Below the pieces are notes generated by a model. It was given only the letters and a program-made list of their open reading frames with translations. It did no database searches and had not been told where the DNA came from. A stretch of DNA of 62,628 bases, counting the filler. It is 3 parts of 3 records of this genome, joined end to end, with 100 filler letters (N's around TTAATTAATTAA, not from the genome) between each part and the next. Parts side by side here need not be neighbours in the genome. Positions count along the whole stretch, not along the records: positions 1 to 29,444 come from SRR22947727_489; 2 more parts are not named here. One strand, given 5' to 3'. Shown here piece by piece: positions 1 to 10,328 of the stretch. How positions within the stretch are numbered: position 1 is the first letter of the stretch; every line of letters starts with the position of its first letter. The position numbers were made by a program, and so were the translations under genes.

Positions 1-1
1 A

Positions 2-49
2 GCAGAAGCAGAAGCACCAGCAGAAGCAGATGATAAAAAAACAGAGTAA
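2..49 (+). CDS. rpsP: 3' end of 30S ribosomal protein S16 (partial; Ala/Glu-rich tail)
   Basis: Reads AEAEAPAEADDKKTE-stop directly before rimM. Identity is inferred from the conserved rpsP-rimM-trmD-rplS order, not from the peptide itself. Confidence 0.7.
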   Translation, partial: AEAEAPAEADDKKTE

Positions 50-52
50 AGA

Positions 53-562
53 TTGAATAAATCAAATTTTGTTCATGTTGCTACATTCGGTGCAGCTATT
101 GGTTTGAAGGGTGAGATCAAAGTAAATCTATTAACATCAACAATAGATGTTTTTAGATCACTTGATCAATATTATAATTTTGATCAATCCATTAAGTGGA
201 ATTTTGAATCTGTTGTAATGCGACAAGAAAAATGTGTTGCACTTCCATCTCATTGTAAAAATCGCGATGACGCTGAGGAATTAAAAAACCAAAAAATATT
301 TTCATTTAGAGAAAATTTTCCTTCAATTAATCCTAATGAGTATCTAGTTAGTGATTTAATTGGTTGTAGTATTATTCACAAGAATGAAAACTCTCTAGGT
401 AAAGTTATTAGCGTTGATAATTTTGGAGCAGGAGATCTGTTAGAAACAATTTATAAAAATAAAAAAATTTATATACCTTTTGATGATAATGTGTTGTCCG
501 TAGATTTAGAAAGAAAAATTATTTTAGTAGATCCAATAAAAGGAATTATTGATAATGATTAA
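53..562 (+). CDS. rimM: 16S rRNA processing protein RimM
   Basis: GLKGEIKV N-terminal motif, DLIGC, NFGAGDLLE (PRC barrel); upstream of trmD; TTG start. Confidence 0.93.
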   Translation: MNKSNFVHVATFGAAIGLKGEIKVNLLTSTIDVFRSLDQYYNFDQSIKWNFESVVMRQEKCVALPSHCKNRDDAEELKNQKIFSFRENFPSINPNEYLVSDLIGCSIIHKNENSLGKVISVDNFGAGDLLETIYKNKKIYIPFDDNVLSVDLERKIILVDPIKGIIDND

Positions 563-1271
563 TGTAAAAATTTTGACAGGTTACCCAGAAATGTTTCCTG
601 GTGGCTTAGCTCATTCTTTGATGGGTAAAGCACTAAAAGAAAATATCTTCAAAATAGAGACTATAAATTTACATGATTTTGGTATTGATAATAGAAAAAG
701 TGTTGATGATGAGCCTTTTGGAGGAGGTCCAGGGATGATTTTAAGACCAGACGTGGTAGAAAAAGCTCTTTTGTCAGTCTCAAATAATATAAACTCTAAA
801 TCAACAAAGATATATCTCACTCCCTCAGGATCTTTATTAAACCAAAAAAAGCTCGGAATTTTGGCTAAATTAGATGAAATTATTATCCTTTGCGGTCGTT
901 TTGAAGGCATTGATCAAAGAGCAATTGATGTGTTGGGTTTTGAAGAGGTTAGTATAGGAGATTATGTTTTGGCTGGAGGAGAGATTGCAGCTCAAGTGCT
1001 ACTTGAAGGTTGTATTCGTCTCATTCCTGGAGTATTAGGTCACCCGGAAAGTTTATTAGAAGAAAGTTTCTCTAATAATCTACTGGAGTATCCTCACTAT
1101 ACGAGACCCAAGATATGGGAGGACTCTCTGGGCAATAAATATGATGTTCCTGAAGTGTTAACCTCGGGCCACCATAGTAATATTAAAAAATGGAGACAAG
1201 ATAAATCGGTTGAAAAAACTAAAAAAATTAGACCTGATTTATATAGTAAAAAAGAACAAGAACAGGATTAG
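555..1271 (+). CDS. trmD: tRNA (guanine-N1)-methyltransferase TrmD
   Basis: [42 protein letters not shown] motifs; ATG at 555 chosen over the ORF-track start. Confidence 0.97.
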   Translation: MINVKILTGYPEMFPGGLAHSLMGKALKENIFKIETINLHDFGIDNRKSVDDEPFGGGPGMILRPDVVEKALLSVSNNINSKSTKIYLTPSGSLLNQKKLGILAKLDEIIILCGRFEGIDQRAIDVLGFEEVSIGDYVLAGGEIAAQVLLEGCIRLIPGVLGHPESLLEESFSNNLLEYPHYTRPKIWEDSLGNKYDVPEVLTSGHHSNIKKWRQDKSVEKTKKIRPDLYSKKEQEQD

Positions 1272-1273
1272 AT

Positions 1274-1867
1274 ATGAATAATTTATTGGAAACGTTTGAA
1301 AAAAAACAAATAGAGAGACTAACTGGAAAAAAACGTATTCCTACTTTTCGCCCTGGAGATACACTTAAAGTTACAATAAGAATTACAGAGGGTGACAAAT
1401 CTAGACTTCAAGTATTTGAGGGAATGTGTATTGCTAGAAAAAACAATTCAGTAAATTCAAACTTTACAGTTAGAAAACTTTCACACGGTGAAGGTGTAGA
1501 AAGGGTGTTTCCTCTATTTAGTCCAATTATTGAAAAAATTGAAGTTATGCGAAAAGGCGATGTAAGAAGAGCTAAGCTTTATTATCTAAGAGATTTAACA
1601 GGTAAAAGAGCTCGTATCGCTGATCGTGATAGAGGTGATGAAGCAGACCAATATTCAATCATTGAGGAGGTTCCTGCAGAAGAAACTTCTTCAAACACAG
1701 ATGAGACATCTGCTGTCGCTGATCAAGAAAAGGTTGAAGAATCAAAAGAAGCTGAGTTATCTCAGAATGAAAAAAAAGAAGAACCTGCTGAAGAAGTTAA
1801 GTTAGAAGAAAATAAAGATGAGGCACCAGCAAAGGAAGCTGAAAAAAAAACGGATGAACAATCCTAA
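1274..1867 (+). CDS. rplS: 50S ribosomal protein L19 with long acidic C-terminal extension
   Basis: [27 protein letters not shown] motifs; about 70 extra E/K/A-rich residues. Confidence 0.97.
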   Translation: MNNLLETFEKKQIERLTGKKRIPTFRPGDTLKVTIRITEGDKSRLQVFEGMCIARKNNSVNSNFTVRKLSHGEGVERVFPLFSPIIEKIEVMRKGDVRRAKLYYLRDLTGKRARIADRDRGDEADQYSIIEEVPAEETSSNTDETSAVADQEKVEESKEAELSQNEKKEEPAEEVKLEENKDEAPAKEAEKKTDEQS

Positions 1868-3257
1868 GCCTAAAACTCTTTTTGATAAAATTTGGCACCA
1901 ACATCTTGTTCACCAACAAGATGATGGAACATGCCTTGTATATATAGACCGACATTTAGTTCATGAAGTGACAAGCCCACAAGCATTTGAGGGATTAAGA
2001 GATAATAAAAGAAAAGTTCATCGTCCAGAAAGTACTTTTGCAGTTGCTGACCACAACGTCCCAACATCTGATAGATCTAAAGGAATTGAAAATGAAGAAA
2101 GTAGAATTCAAGTAGAAACACTTGAAAACAATTGTAAAGAATTTGGAGTTACAATATTTCCTCTTCTCGATAGAAGACAAGGAATTGTTCATATTGTAGG
2201 TCCAGAGCAAGGAATAACACAACCAGGAATGACGATAGTATGTGGTGATAGTCACACAGCAACCCACGGAGCATTCGGCGCCCTTGCTTTTGGAATAGGT
2301 ACAAGTGAAGTTGAGCATGTTTTAGCAAGTCAAACTTTAATTCAGCAGCCAGCCAAAAATATGAAAATTACAGTTAGTGGCAATCTCAAAACAGGTGTTG
2401 GTGCTAAAGATATAATTTTACATATAATTGGTGTTATTGGAACAGCGGGTGGAACAGGGTACGTTATTGAATATGCAGGTGAAGCAATTCAATCACTTAG
2501 TATGGAAGGTCGAATGACTATTTGTAATATGAGTATAGAAGCGGGTGCAAGAGCAGGATTAATTGCTCCTGATCAAACTACATTTGATTACATCAAAGGA
2601 AGACCTTATGCGCCAAAGGGTGAAAATTGGGATAAGGCTATAGAATTCTGGAAGTCATTACCATCAGATGAAAATGCTAACTATGATAAGGAGATAAACA
2701 TCAACGCTGAAGAGATAACTCCACAAATAACTTGGGGAACAAGCCCGCAAGATGTAGTGCCAATAAATGGGAAAGTTCCAAACCCAGAAACAATCGATGA
2801 TGTTAATAGAAAAAAAGCTGTTGAACGTTCTTTAGAATACATGGGTTTAGAGCCTGATCAAGAAATTGAAAAAATAAAAATTGATAAAGTATTTATTGGT
2901 TCTTGTACCAATGGAAGAATTGAAGATTTAAGAGAAGTGGCAAGAGTTGTTGAAGGAAAAAAAGTTTCAGTTGATTCTATGATTGTTCCTGGTTCTGGGT
3001 TAGTTAAAGAGCAAGCTGAGAGCGAAGGTCTAGATAAAATTTTTATAGACGCAGGATTTGATTGGAGAGAACCTGGATGCTCAATGTGTCTAGCCATGAA
3101 TCCAGATCAGCTAAAACCGAAGGAAAGATGTGCCTCAACTTCAAACAGAAACTTTGAAGGTAGACAAGGTAGAGAAGGTAGAACTCATTTAGTAAGTCCC
3201 GTTGTCGCTGCTGCATCAGCCATTAAAGGAACCTTTGCGCAAGAAAGTGACCTGTAA
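1854..3257 (+). CDS. leuC: 3-isopropylmalate dehydratase large subunit
   Basis: [45 protein letters not shown]; likely start MNNPKPKTL at 1854. Confidence 0.97.
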   Translation: MNNPKPKTLFDKIWHQHLVHQQDDGTCLVYIDRHLVHEVTSPQAFEGLRDNKRKVHRPESTFAVADHNVPTSDRSKGIENEESRIQVETLENNCKEFGVTIFPLLDRRQGIVHIVGPEQGITQPGMTIVCGDSHTATHGAFGALAFGIGTSEVEHVLASQTLIQQPAKNMKITVSGNLKTGVGAKDIILHIIGVIGTAGGTGYVIEYAGEAIQSLSMEGRMTICNMSIEAGARAGLIAPDQTTFDYIKGRPYAPKGENWDKAIEFWKSLPSDENANYDKEININAEEITPQITWGTSPQDVVPINGKVPNPETIDDVNRKKAVERSLEYMGLEPDQEIEKIKIDKVFIGSCTNGRIEDLREVARVVEGKKVSVDSMIVPGSGLVKEQAESEGLDKIFIDAGFDWREPGCSMCLAMNPDQLKPKERCASTSNRNFEGRQGREGRTHLVSPVVAAASAIKGTFAQESDL

Positions 3258-3859
3258 TGGAACAGTTTGAATTATTAAAAGGGATTGCTGCACCACTTCC
3301 TATGATGAATGTTGATACCGACATGATTATACCAAAGCAGTTTTTAAAAACAATAAAGCGATCAGGTTTAGGTAAAAATCTTTTTCATGAACTTCGTTAT
3401 GATATGCAGGGCAATATAAAAAATGATTTTGTTCTAAATTGGGATCCTTATAAGGAAGCGTCTATTCTTATTGCAGGAGATAATTTTGGTTGTGGTTCCA
3501 GTAGAGAACATGCCCCTTGGTCTCTTTTAGATTTTGGTTTTAAGTGCATAATAGCACCAAGCTTTGCTGATATTTTTTATAACAATTGTTTTAAAAATGG
3601 CATTCTCCCTATTCGCCTCACTCAAGATAAAGTTGATATTTTAATGGAACAAGCAAATAATAAAAAAATGCTTACTGTAGATTTAGAGAAGCAAAAAATT
3701 ATCTCTGAAGATGATAGTTCAATAGATTTTGACATAGATGAATTTAGAAAAAAATGTTTAATAGAAGGTCTTGATGATATTGGTTTAACTCTTCAAAAAA
3801 AAGAAAAAATAACTCAATATGAAGCCACTCTTAAATCATCACATCCTTGGATTATTTAG
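3257..3859 (+). CDS. leuD: 3-isopropylmalate dehydratase small subunit
   Basis: [33 protein letters not shown]. Confidence 0.97.
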   Translation: MEQFELLKGIAAPLPMMNVDTDMIIPKQFLKTIKRSGLGKNLFHELRYDMQGNIKNDFVLNWDPYKEASILIAGDNFGCGSSREHAPWSLLDFGFKCIIAPSFADIFYNNCFKNGILPIRLTQDKVDILMEQANNKKMLTVDLEKQKIISEDDSSIDFDIDEFRKKCLIEGLDDIGLTLQKKEKITQYEATLKSSHPWII

Positions 3860-4972
3860 ATGAGCAATAAAAAAATACTGGTTTTACCAGGAGATGGAAT
3901 TGGCAATGAAGTGATGGCAGAGGCTCTCAAAATCATTGATTGGCTATCAAAAACAAGGTCAATATCCTTTGATATATCCGAGCGTTTAGTTGGGGGGACA
4001 GCTTATGATAAAGAAGGTGACTCAATAAGCGATGAAACAATGCAAGAAGCATTGGACGCAGATGCTGTTTTGTTTGGTGCGGTCGGAGGACCTCAATGGG
4101 ATAATGTTGAAAGAGAAAAACGCCCAGAGGCAGCTTTATTAAGATTAAGAAAGGAATTAGATTTATTTGCTAATCTAAGACCTGCTGTAGTATTTGATGC
4201 GCTAGCTGAAGCATCACCCTTAAAGCTTAATTTAGTTAAAGGACTTGATATTCTTATTTTACGAGAATTAACAAGTGGTGTTTATTTTGGACAACCACGT
4301 GGAGTGTCAAAAATAAATGATAATGAAGAAAAAGCAATTGATACCCAAAGTTATACCACTTCTGAAATTACAAGAATAACACGTGTAGCTTTTGATCTAG
4401 CAAAATTACGAGACAATAAAGTTACTTCTGTTGAAAAATCAAATGTAATGGAAACAGGAATGTTTTGGAAAAATACAGTTACAAATATTCATCTAAAAGA
4501 ATTTCAAGATGTTGAGCTCTTTCACATGTTAGCTGACAACTGTGCAATGCAACTTGTTCGAAACCCAAAACAATTTGATGTTATTTTAACAGATAACTTA
4601 TTTGGAGATCTTCTAAGTGATATAGCAGCAATGTTAACAGGCTCTTTGGGAATGCTACCCTCCGCATCATTAGGTCCAGTAGCAGAAAATGGTTCAAGAG
4701 CAGCAATGTATGAACCTGTTCATGGGAGCGCTCCTGATATCGCTGGACAAGGTAAGGCCAATCCACTTGCTATGATTATGAGTTTTGCTATGATGTTAAA
4801 ATATAGCTTTAATATGCAGGAAGATAGTGTCTTAGTTGAAAACGCAGTCCAAGGGGTTCTATCAAAAGGTTTGAGAACTGCTGATATTAGTGACGGCGCT
4901 GATAAGGTCGTATCAACTCAGGATATGGGTAAGGCTGTTATTGAAGAACTTAAAAATTTATCAGGTAATTAA
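3860..4972 (+). CDS. leuB: 3-isopropylmalate dehydrogenase
   Basis: [35 protein letters not shown]. Confidence 0.97.
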   Translation: MSNKKILVLPGDGIGNEVMAEALKIIDWLSKTRSISFDISERLVGGTAYDKEGDSISDETMQEALDADAVLFGAVGGPQWDNVEREKRPEAALLRLRKELDLFANLRPAVVFDALAEASPLKLNLVKGLDILILRELTSGVYFGQPRGVSKINDNEEKAIDTQSYTTSEITRITRVAFDLAKLRDNKVTSVEKSNVMETGMFWKNTVTNIHLKEFQDVELFHMLADNCAMQLVRNPKQFDVILTDNLFGDLLSDIAAMLTGSLGMLPSASLGPVAENGSRAAMYEPVHGSAPDIAGQGKANPLAMIMSFAMMLKYSFNMQEDSVLVENAVQGVLSKGLRTADISDGADKVVSTQDMGKAVIEELKNLSGN

Positions 4973-4976
4973 CATT

Positions 4977-6020
4977 ATGAGTACAAAATTTAATATCGCT
5001 ATCGCTGGTGCTACGGGTAACGTTGGAAGAGAGATCATTCAAATATTAGAAGATAAAGAATTTCCTGTTGATCATTTGTATTTGTTAGCATCTTCTCGAT
5101 CAAAAGGACAAGCAATTGAGTTTAGAGGGGAAGAATTAATAGTTGAAAATCTTGCTGAATTTGATTTCTCTAAAGTGCAAATAGGACTTTTTTCCCCTGG
5201 AGGTAAGGTATCTGCAGAATTTGCCCCTAAAGCGGCAAAAGCTGGGTGTCTTGTTATTGATAATAGCTCACATTTTAGAATGCATGACAATGTTCCTCTA
5301 ATAGTCCCTGAGGTAAATGCTTCTGCTTTAGAAGATTTTTTTAATAATAATGATCGTAGTAATATTATTGCCAATCCAAATTGCTCAACTATTCAAATGG
5401 TAGTTGCTCTCAAGCCACTGCATGACCAAGCAATAATTAATAGAGTAGTAGTTTCGACGTACCAGTCTGTCTCTGGGGCAGGCAAAGATGCGATGGATGA
5501 ATTATTTAACCAAACTCAACATATCTATACAAATAAAAATATTGAAAAAAATAAATTTACTAAACAAATGGCATTTAATGTTATTCCTCATATTGACACC
5601 TTTCTTGATAATGGAAGTACTAAAGAAGAAGAGAAAATGGTTAATGAAACAAAAAAAATATTGGATGAGGGAATTAAAGTATCTGCCACTTGTGTCCGAG
5701 TCCCTGTTTTTATCAGTCATGCTGAGTCTATTAATATTGAATTTGATTCTCCCTTAAGTGATGTTGACGCAACTAAATTATTAAAAAATTTTGAGGGTAT
5801 TTCAGTTATAGATTTTAGAAAAGATGAAGGTTATGTAACTCCCGTGGAAGCTGCTGGAGAAGATAAAGTATATGTTAGTAGAATTCGTGAAGATGATAGT
5901 GTTGATAATGGATTGAATATCTGGGTAGTGGCAGATAATTTACGAAAAGGTGCTGCTCTCAATGCAGTGCAAATTGCTGAATTAGTAACAAAACAATATT
6001 CGAATTTTTTAAATATTTAA
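4977..6020 (+). CDS. asd: aspartate-semialdehyde dehydrogenase
   Basis: GATGNVG, IANPNCST, STYQSVSGAG, CVRVPV, DNLRKGAALN; likely start MSTKF at 4977. Confidence 0.96.
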   Translation: MSTKFNIAIAGATGNVGREIIQILEDKEFPVDHLYLLASSRSKGQAIEFRGEELIVENLAEFDFSKVQIGLFSPGGKVSAEFAPKAAKAGCLVIDNSSHFRMHDNVPLIVPEVNASALEDFFNNNDRSNIIANPNCSTIQMVVALKPLHDQAIINRVVVSTYQSVSGAGKDAMDELFNQTQHIYTNKNIEKNKFTKQMAFNVIPHIDTFLDNGSTKEEEKMVNETKKILDEGIKVSATCVRVPVFISHAESINIEFDSPLSDVDATKLLKNFEGISVIDFRKDEGYVTPVEAAGEDKVYVSRIREDDSVDNGLNIWVVADNLRKGAALNAVQIAELVTKQYSNFLNI

Positions 6021-6445
6021 TTATCACTAATCAGTCTTTTCCCATAAATTTGGGAGTCCTGTATTTCATAGTTATTTGTTTTATAAAATGCCTTTACTTT
6101 AATATTAGTATTTCGCACAAATAAATTAATTTTTGGACAACCTAACTTGTAGAGTTTTTTTTCTATGATAGATAAAATAGAAGAACCAATTCCTTTTTTT
6201 TGTAGTTCTGGAAGAACTGCTAAATAATAAATATACCCTCGGTGACCATCGTATCCAGCCATGGCTGTAGCAATGATTTTTTTATTAATTTCTCCAATGA
6301 TAAACAGATTATCTTTAATAGACAATTTTCGTTTAATATCTTTCAATGGATCATTCCATTCAACAACAAGTTTACACGTTTCCCATAATTTAACAACAGC
6401 CTCTGTGTCAGTTTTTTTAAATTTTCTATATGTAGGAATACTCAT
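6017..6445 (-). CDS. GNAT family acetyltransferase (YpeA-like)
   Basis: AGYDGHRG, YYLAV, QKKGIG, GCPKINL motifs. Start MSIPT at 6445; the ORF-track extension runs into the tRNA. Confidence 0.85.
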   Translation of the reverse strand: MSIPTYRKFKKTDTEAVVKLWETCKLVVEWNDPLKDIKRKLSIKDNLFIIGEINKKIIATAMAGYDGHRGYIYYLAVLPELQKKGIGSSILSIIEKKLYKLGCPKINLFVRNTNIKVKAFYKTNNYEIQDSQIYGKRLISDN

Positions 6446-6455
6446 AATTTTTCTT

Positions 6456-6530
6456 TGGCGGTCTCGTAGGGATTCGAACCCCAAATCCATGTTCCGAAGA
6501 CACGTGTGATATCCATTTCACCACGAGACC
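6456..6530 (-). tRNA. tRNA-Arg (anticodon UCG)
   Basis: Minus strand GGTCTCG-TG-GTGA AATGGATA TCAC-A-CGTGT CTTCGGA ACATG-GATT-TGGGG TTCGAAT CCCTA-CGAGACC-G-CCA. Complete cloverleaf with encoded CCA and A20. Confidence 0.92.
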
Positions 6531-6587
6531 ATAACTGTTTTTTATGCTAAAAGTTGAAAAGATTAAAGGATAGTTTAATAAAAAAGA

Positions 6588-7859
6588 ATGAGTTCTAACT
6601 TTAGGCCAAAAAATTATCAACCACTAGAGGTTTCAACTATAAAAAATTTTATTGAAAACAGTGATAAAATTAAAAATATTATTGGTGACACAAAAGAAAT
6701 AGAAATCAAAGAAGTTGGAGATGGAAATTTAAATTTAGTTTTTTTTGTTGAGTCTAAAAAAAATTCAATTTGTATTAAGCAACCACTGCCCTATCTCAGA
6801 GTGCTTAAAGATTGGCCTCTAACTTTAAAAAGATCATATTATGAATCTGAATATATGAATATTCACTCAAATCATGTTGCAGATTTGATGCCTAAAATTT
6901 ATGATTTTGATCCCGAGTTGTGCACGATAACAATGGAGAAATTATCCCCACATATAATAATGCGACATGGATTAATTAACGCAACAAAATATGAAAAATT
7001 TGCTGAAGATATTTCAACTTTTATGTCCAAAACATTATTTTTTACCTCAGATTTATATTTAAAAGCTGATCAAAAAAAAGAATTAAATTCGAGGTTCATC
7101 ATGAATACAGAGCTTTGTAAAATTACAGAAGATTTAATTTTTACTGATCCATATATGTATAATAAAAATAATAGATGGACCACACCTCATCTTGATAAAC
7201 AAAAAAAAGAAATAGAAAATAACGATGATCTTAAAATTGCAGTAAGTAGATTAAAAATAAAATTTATGAGTGAAAGCCAATCTTTACTTCATGGCGATCT
7301 TCATACTGGCTCAATAATGGTTTCGGAAAATGATACTAAAGTAATAGATCCAGAATTTGCTTTTTATGGACCCATGGGTTTTGATATAGGAGCTTTATTA
7401 GCAAATTTATTAATGAACTTTTTTTCTCAAAATGGTCATGAAAATAATTTTGGTGAAAGAAAAGAATTTAAAAAATGGATTTTAAATTTAATTAATATGA
7501 TTTGGATAAAATTTGAAAACAAATTTTGCAATTTGTGGAATGACTATCCAGAAGGAGATGCTTATCCTACACAATTATTTAATAATAAACAAATTATTAA
7601 AAGGGAACAAAAAAATTATTTACAAAATATTTACAATGACTCGATTGGCTTTGCAGGAGCTAAAATAATTAGACGAATTTTTGGCTTTGCTCACAACATA
7701 GATTTTGATTGGATTAAAGATGATAAAATAAGAGCAATTTGTGAAAATAAATGTGCTAATCTTGGGATAGATATGCAAGTAAATCCCTCTAAATTTAGAG
7801 ATATCTCAAGTTTAATTGAGGCAGCTATTAAATTGGATAATGAAAGTATTAGCTTTTAG
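6588..7859 (+). CDS. mtnK: 5-methylthioribose / 5-deoxyribose kinase
   Basis: EVGDGNLNLVF, KQ, HGDLHTGSI, DPEFAFYGPMGFDIG, IIRRIFGFAH motifs. Confidence 0.93.
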   Translation: MSSNFRPKNYQPLEVSTIKNFIENSDKIKNIIGDTKEIEIKEVGDGNLNLVFFVESKKNSICIKQPLPYLRVLKDWPLTLKRSYYESEYMNIHSNHVADLMPKIYDFDPELCTITMEKLSPHIIMRHGLINATKYEKFAEDISTFMSKTLFFTSDLYLKADQKKELNSRFIMNTELCKITEDLIFTDPYMYNKNNRWTTPHLDKQKKEIENNDDLKIAVSRLKIKFMSESQSLLHGDLHTGSIMVSENDTKVIDPEFAFYGPMGFDIGALLANLLMNFFSQNGHENNFGERKEFKKWILNLINMIWIKFENKFCNLWNDYPEGDAYPTQLFNNKQIIKREQKNYLQNIYNDSIGFAGAKIIRRIFGFAHNIDFDWIKDDKIRAICENKCANLGIDMQVNPSKFRDISSLIEAAIKLDNESISF

Positions 7860-8803
7860 TTCTTATTAAATCTTTCTAGTTTAAAAATAAAATCTTTTAT
7901 AATTTCATCTCTATTTAACATAGAAACTATTTTGATTGAATGCCTACGGTGATCAACACTCCACGTCATATTATCTGATAATATTGGTGATGGAATTATA
8001 TTAGTTGGTGTCCACTCTTCATTTATTAACCATGCAACTGCAGCCATATCCCATAGTTCTTTTGACCACCCTTTGTGATCATCACTGTACTCTTTAAAAC
8101 GCATTGCTAAAAATTTTCCAATTTCACCGTGCGGTTCAATATACTTTTCTACTTCAGGTACAGTGGTTGTTAAGTGTGTAGTGACACCCGCGCATGGAAC
8201 CATTACTAGAGGAACTCCGCAATCAAAAAGTATTTGAGCTCCGCCTACATCTTGTTTTAAATTAAAATCATATGAGTGAGGCCAATACAGTGCATTTCCT
8301 CCTAACCAAATAACTACTACTTTTTCTTTTATAGAGGGATCTTTTACTAAAGCTGATGCAACATTACTAATAGCTCCAATCGCAATCACGTATAAAGGAT
8401 TGTCCGCAGAACCTTCGTGAGCTTTTTTAATCAAATCGTCTACAGCAGGAGCTTCAACAACTTTCTTAGCTGAGCCTACATATTCTTTAACACCTTTAAA
8501 AACGAAATTTTCATGAGAAACATTTATTCTTTCTAAAAGTCTTAATATTTCATCATAGCTTAACTCCATTCCTTTTTCAGGATTGTCGGCTCTTTCATTC
8601 ATAGAGAACGGTGCAGCATAAATACCTTCAACCTTAATTCTTTCATGTGATAGCATCATCTGCACTAAAGCAAACTGATCATCTATTTCATTGTAAGTAT
8701 CTGTATCTAAAACAGCACGCACAATCCCTTTTCTAGGTTGTAATAAATTTAATATTTTTGTATCATCTTTTGATACATGAAAACCTTTTTCAAAATAAGC
8801 CAT
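7856..8803 (-). CDS. nucleoside hydrolase (IU-NH / Rih family)
   Basis: DTDTYNEIDD Ca2+-binding motif, AIGAISNVA, WLGG, FNL, LWD. Confidence 0.88.
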   Translation of the reverse strand: MAYFEKGFHVSKDDTKILNLLQPRKGIVRAVLDTDTYNEIDDQFALVQMMLSHERIKVEGIYAAPFSMNERADNPEKGMELSYDEILRLLERINVSHENFVFKGVKEYVGSAKKVVEAPAVDDLIKKAHEGSADNPLYVIAIGAISNVASALVKDPSIKEKVVVIWLGGNALYWPHSYDFNLKQDVGGAQILFDCGVPLVMVPCAGVTTHLTTTVPEVEKYIEPHGEIGKFLAMRFKEYSDDHKGWSKELWDMAAVAWLINEEWTPTNIIPSPILSDNMTWSVDHRRHSIKIVSMLNRDEIIKDFIFKLERFNKN

Positions 8804-8985
8804 ATAAATTAGTTATATATTTTTTTTAAGTTGTAAAATAATATTATTAATAAAAATTAATTATAACATTAAAATTATAAATATCACATTAAATATAAAT
8901 TTAGTTAATATTTACTTATAATTTTATTGATTAATAAAAGTCAATATGCAAGAAGTCTCTTAATTTAATTAAATTAGGAGGAAAA

Positions 8986-10254
8986 ATGATTAAAAGAATA
9001 TTTTCTTTTTTTAGTGTCTTCTTACTATTTACAAGTATTTCTTTTTCTGCAAAATCAGCAGAGAAGATTGCGTTAGTAATTGGAACTTGGGCAGAAGGCC
9101 CGTTAACACCATATGTTGAAAAATTTACAGCAGATACAGGAATTGAAGTCGATATACAAACTTTTCCATTTAGAGATCTTCTTGCAACCTTAGAAGTAAG
9201 AGGAAATGCAAAAGCTGATGATATTGACGTAGTTTTTGTTGATGCTCCATTAGTACCTTCATACGCTGTCAGAGGTATGATTGCACCTATGGACTCATAT
9301 TTTTCAGATGCAAATTTAAATGAAATTTTTGCTCCAGCAGGTATTGCAGCAGCTTCATGGAATGGTGAAATGTATGCGCCGCCGCTGAATAACTCAGGAC
9401 AGATATTGTACTACAACAAAGATCTTCTTGCAAAAGCAGGTTGTGCTGAACCATCTGCAATTGAGTCTGAAAGAATTACTTGGGAACAGGTTGTTGATTG
9501 TGCTCAAAAAATTAATGATGAAGGAAGTGGTACTTGGGGTATGATTTTTGATCAAATCAGTAGATACTACCAACTTCAAGCTTTACCTGAATCTTTAGGT
9601 GGTGGATCTGGAGTTTGTGAAGGTGGATTATCAGTTAAAGGTTGTCTTACAAACGATGGATGGATGAAAGCTGCTCAATGGTATTATGATATTCATAACA
9701 CATGGAATGTTTCTCCTAAAGGAGCTAACCCTGACCAAACTCATGAAATGTTTGGTGCTGGCAAAATTGGAATTTTTGTTGGAGGTTCATGGAATGTTGG
9801 AAGATGGAAAGATTCTGATTTAAATTTTGGTTTAGCGTTGCATCCTTATTTTGAGGGTGGTGATGTTGTAACAGGTTGTAATAGTTGGCATATGGGAGTT
9901 TGGAATTATTCTAAACAAAAAGATGCCTCAGCTTTACTTGTGAGATATCTAACTGCAAGTCCAGATGTTGCTCTAGCTTATGTTGATGAGCATAATTCAT
10001 TACCTGCACATATGTCAGGTATATTGCATGTTGCAGAAGATCCAAAGTTTAACAATTTTCCAGATACAGCTATGAAATTAGCAACTTATGAGTCTGCAAA
10101 TCATTGTGCAACGAGAGGTAGAACACCTGGTTTCCTAGAATTTGAAGAAATTGTAAATACAAGCTTTGAAGACATCAGAAATGGTGGTGATCCTGCTTCA
10201 GTTATGCAGTCTGCAGAGACAAGAATTGAACAATCAATGAGACGTTATAAGTAA
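8986..10254 (+). CDS. carbohydrate-type (CUT1) ABC transporter substrate-binding protein
   Basis: Signal peptide, FTADTGIEV, LYYNKDLL, F..GKIGIFVGGSW; strong SD AGGAGG upstream. Confidence 0.9.
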   Translation: MIKRIFSFFSVFLLFTSISFSAKSAEKIALVIGTWAEGPLTPYVEKFTADTGIEVDIQTFPFRDLLATLEVRGNAKADDIDVVFVDAPLVPSYAVRGMIAPMDSYFSDANLNEIFAPAGIAAASWNGEMYAPPLNNSGQILYYNKDLLAKAGCAEPSAIESERITWEQVVDCAQKINDEGSGTWGMIFDQISRYYQLQALPESLGGGSGVCEGGLSVKGCLTNDGWMKAAQWYYDIHNTWNVSPKGANPDQTHEMFGAGKIGIFVGGSWNVGRWKDSDLNFGLALHPYFEGGDVVTGCNSWHMGVWNYSKQKDASALLVRYLTASPDVALAYVDEHNSLPAHMSGILHVAEDPKFNNFPDTAMKLATYESANHCATRGRTPGFLEFEEIVNTSFEDIRNGGDPASVMQSAETRIEQSMRRYK

Positions 10255-10274
10255 TCATTTTAACTTATAATTTA

Positions 10275-10304
10275 TTACTACGCAGAGTATACTCTGCGTA
10301 GTAA
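10275..10304 (+). terminator. perfect 30-bp palindrome followed by a T-run (intra-operon terminator/mRNA stabiliser)
   Basis: TTACTACGCAGAGTA|TACTCTGCGTAGTAA followed by ATTTTTTTT, between the SBP and the first permease. Confidence 0.75.
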
Positions 10305-10328
10305 ATTTTTTTTGATTTATACAAATTT

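Noticed and set aside
6426-6620. ORFs overlapping the tRNA-Arg (6426-6620, 6261-6509, and the GNAT extension to 6490)
   Set aside because: They are explained by the tRNA and by antisense reading of the GNAT gene.
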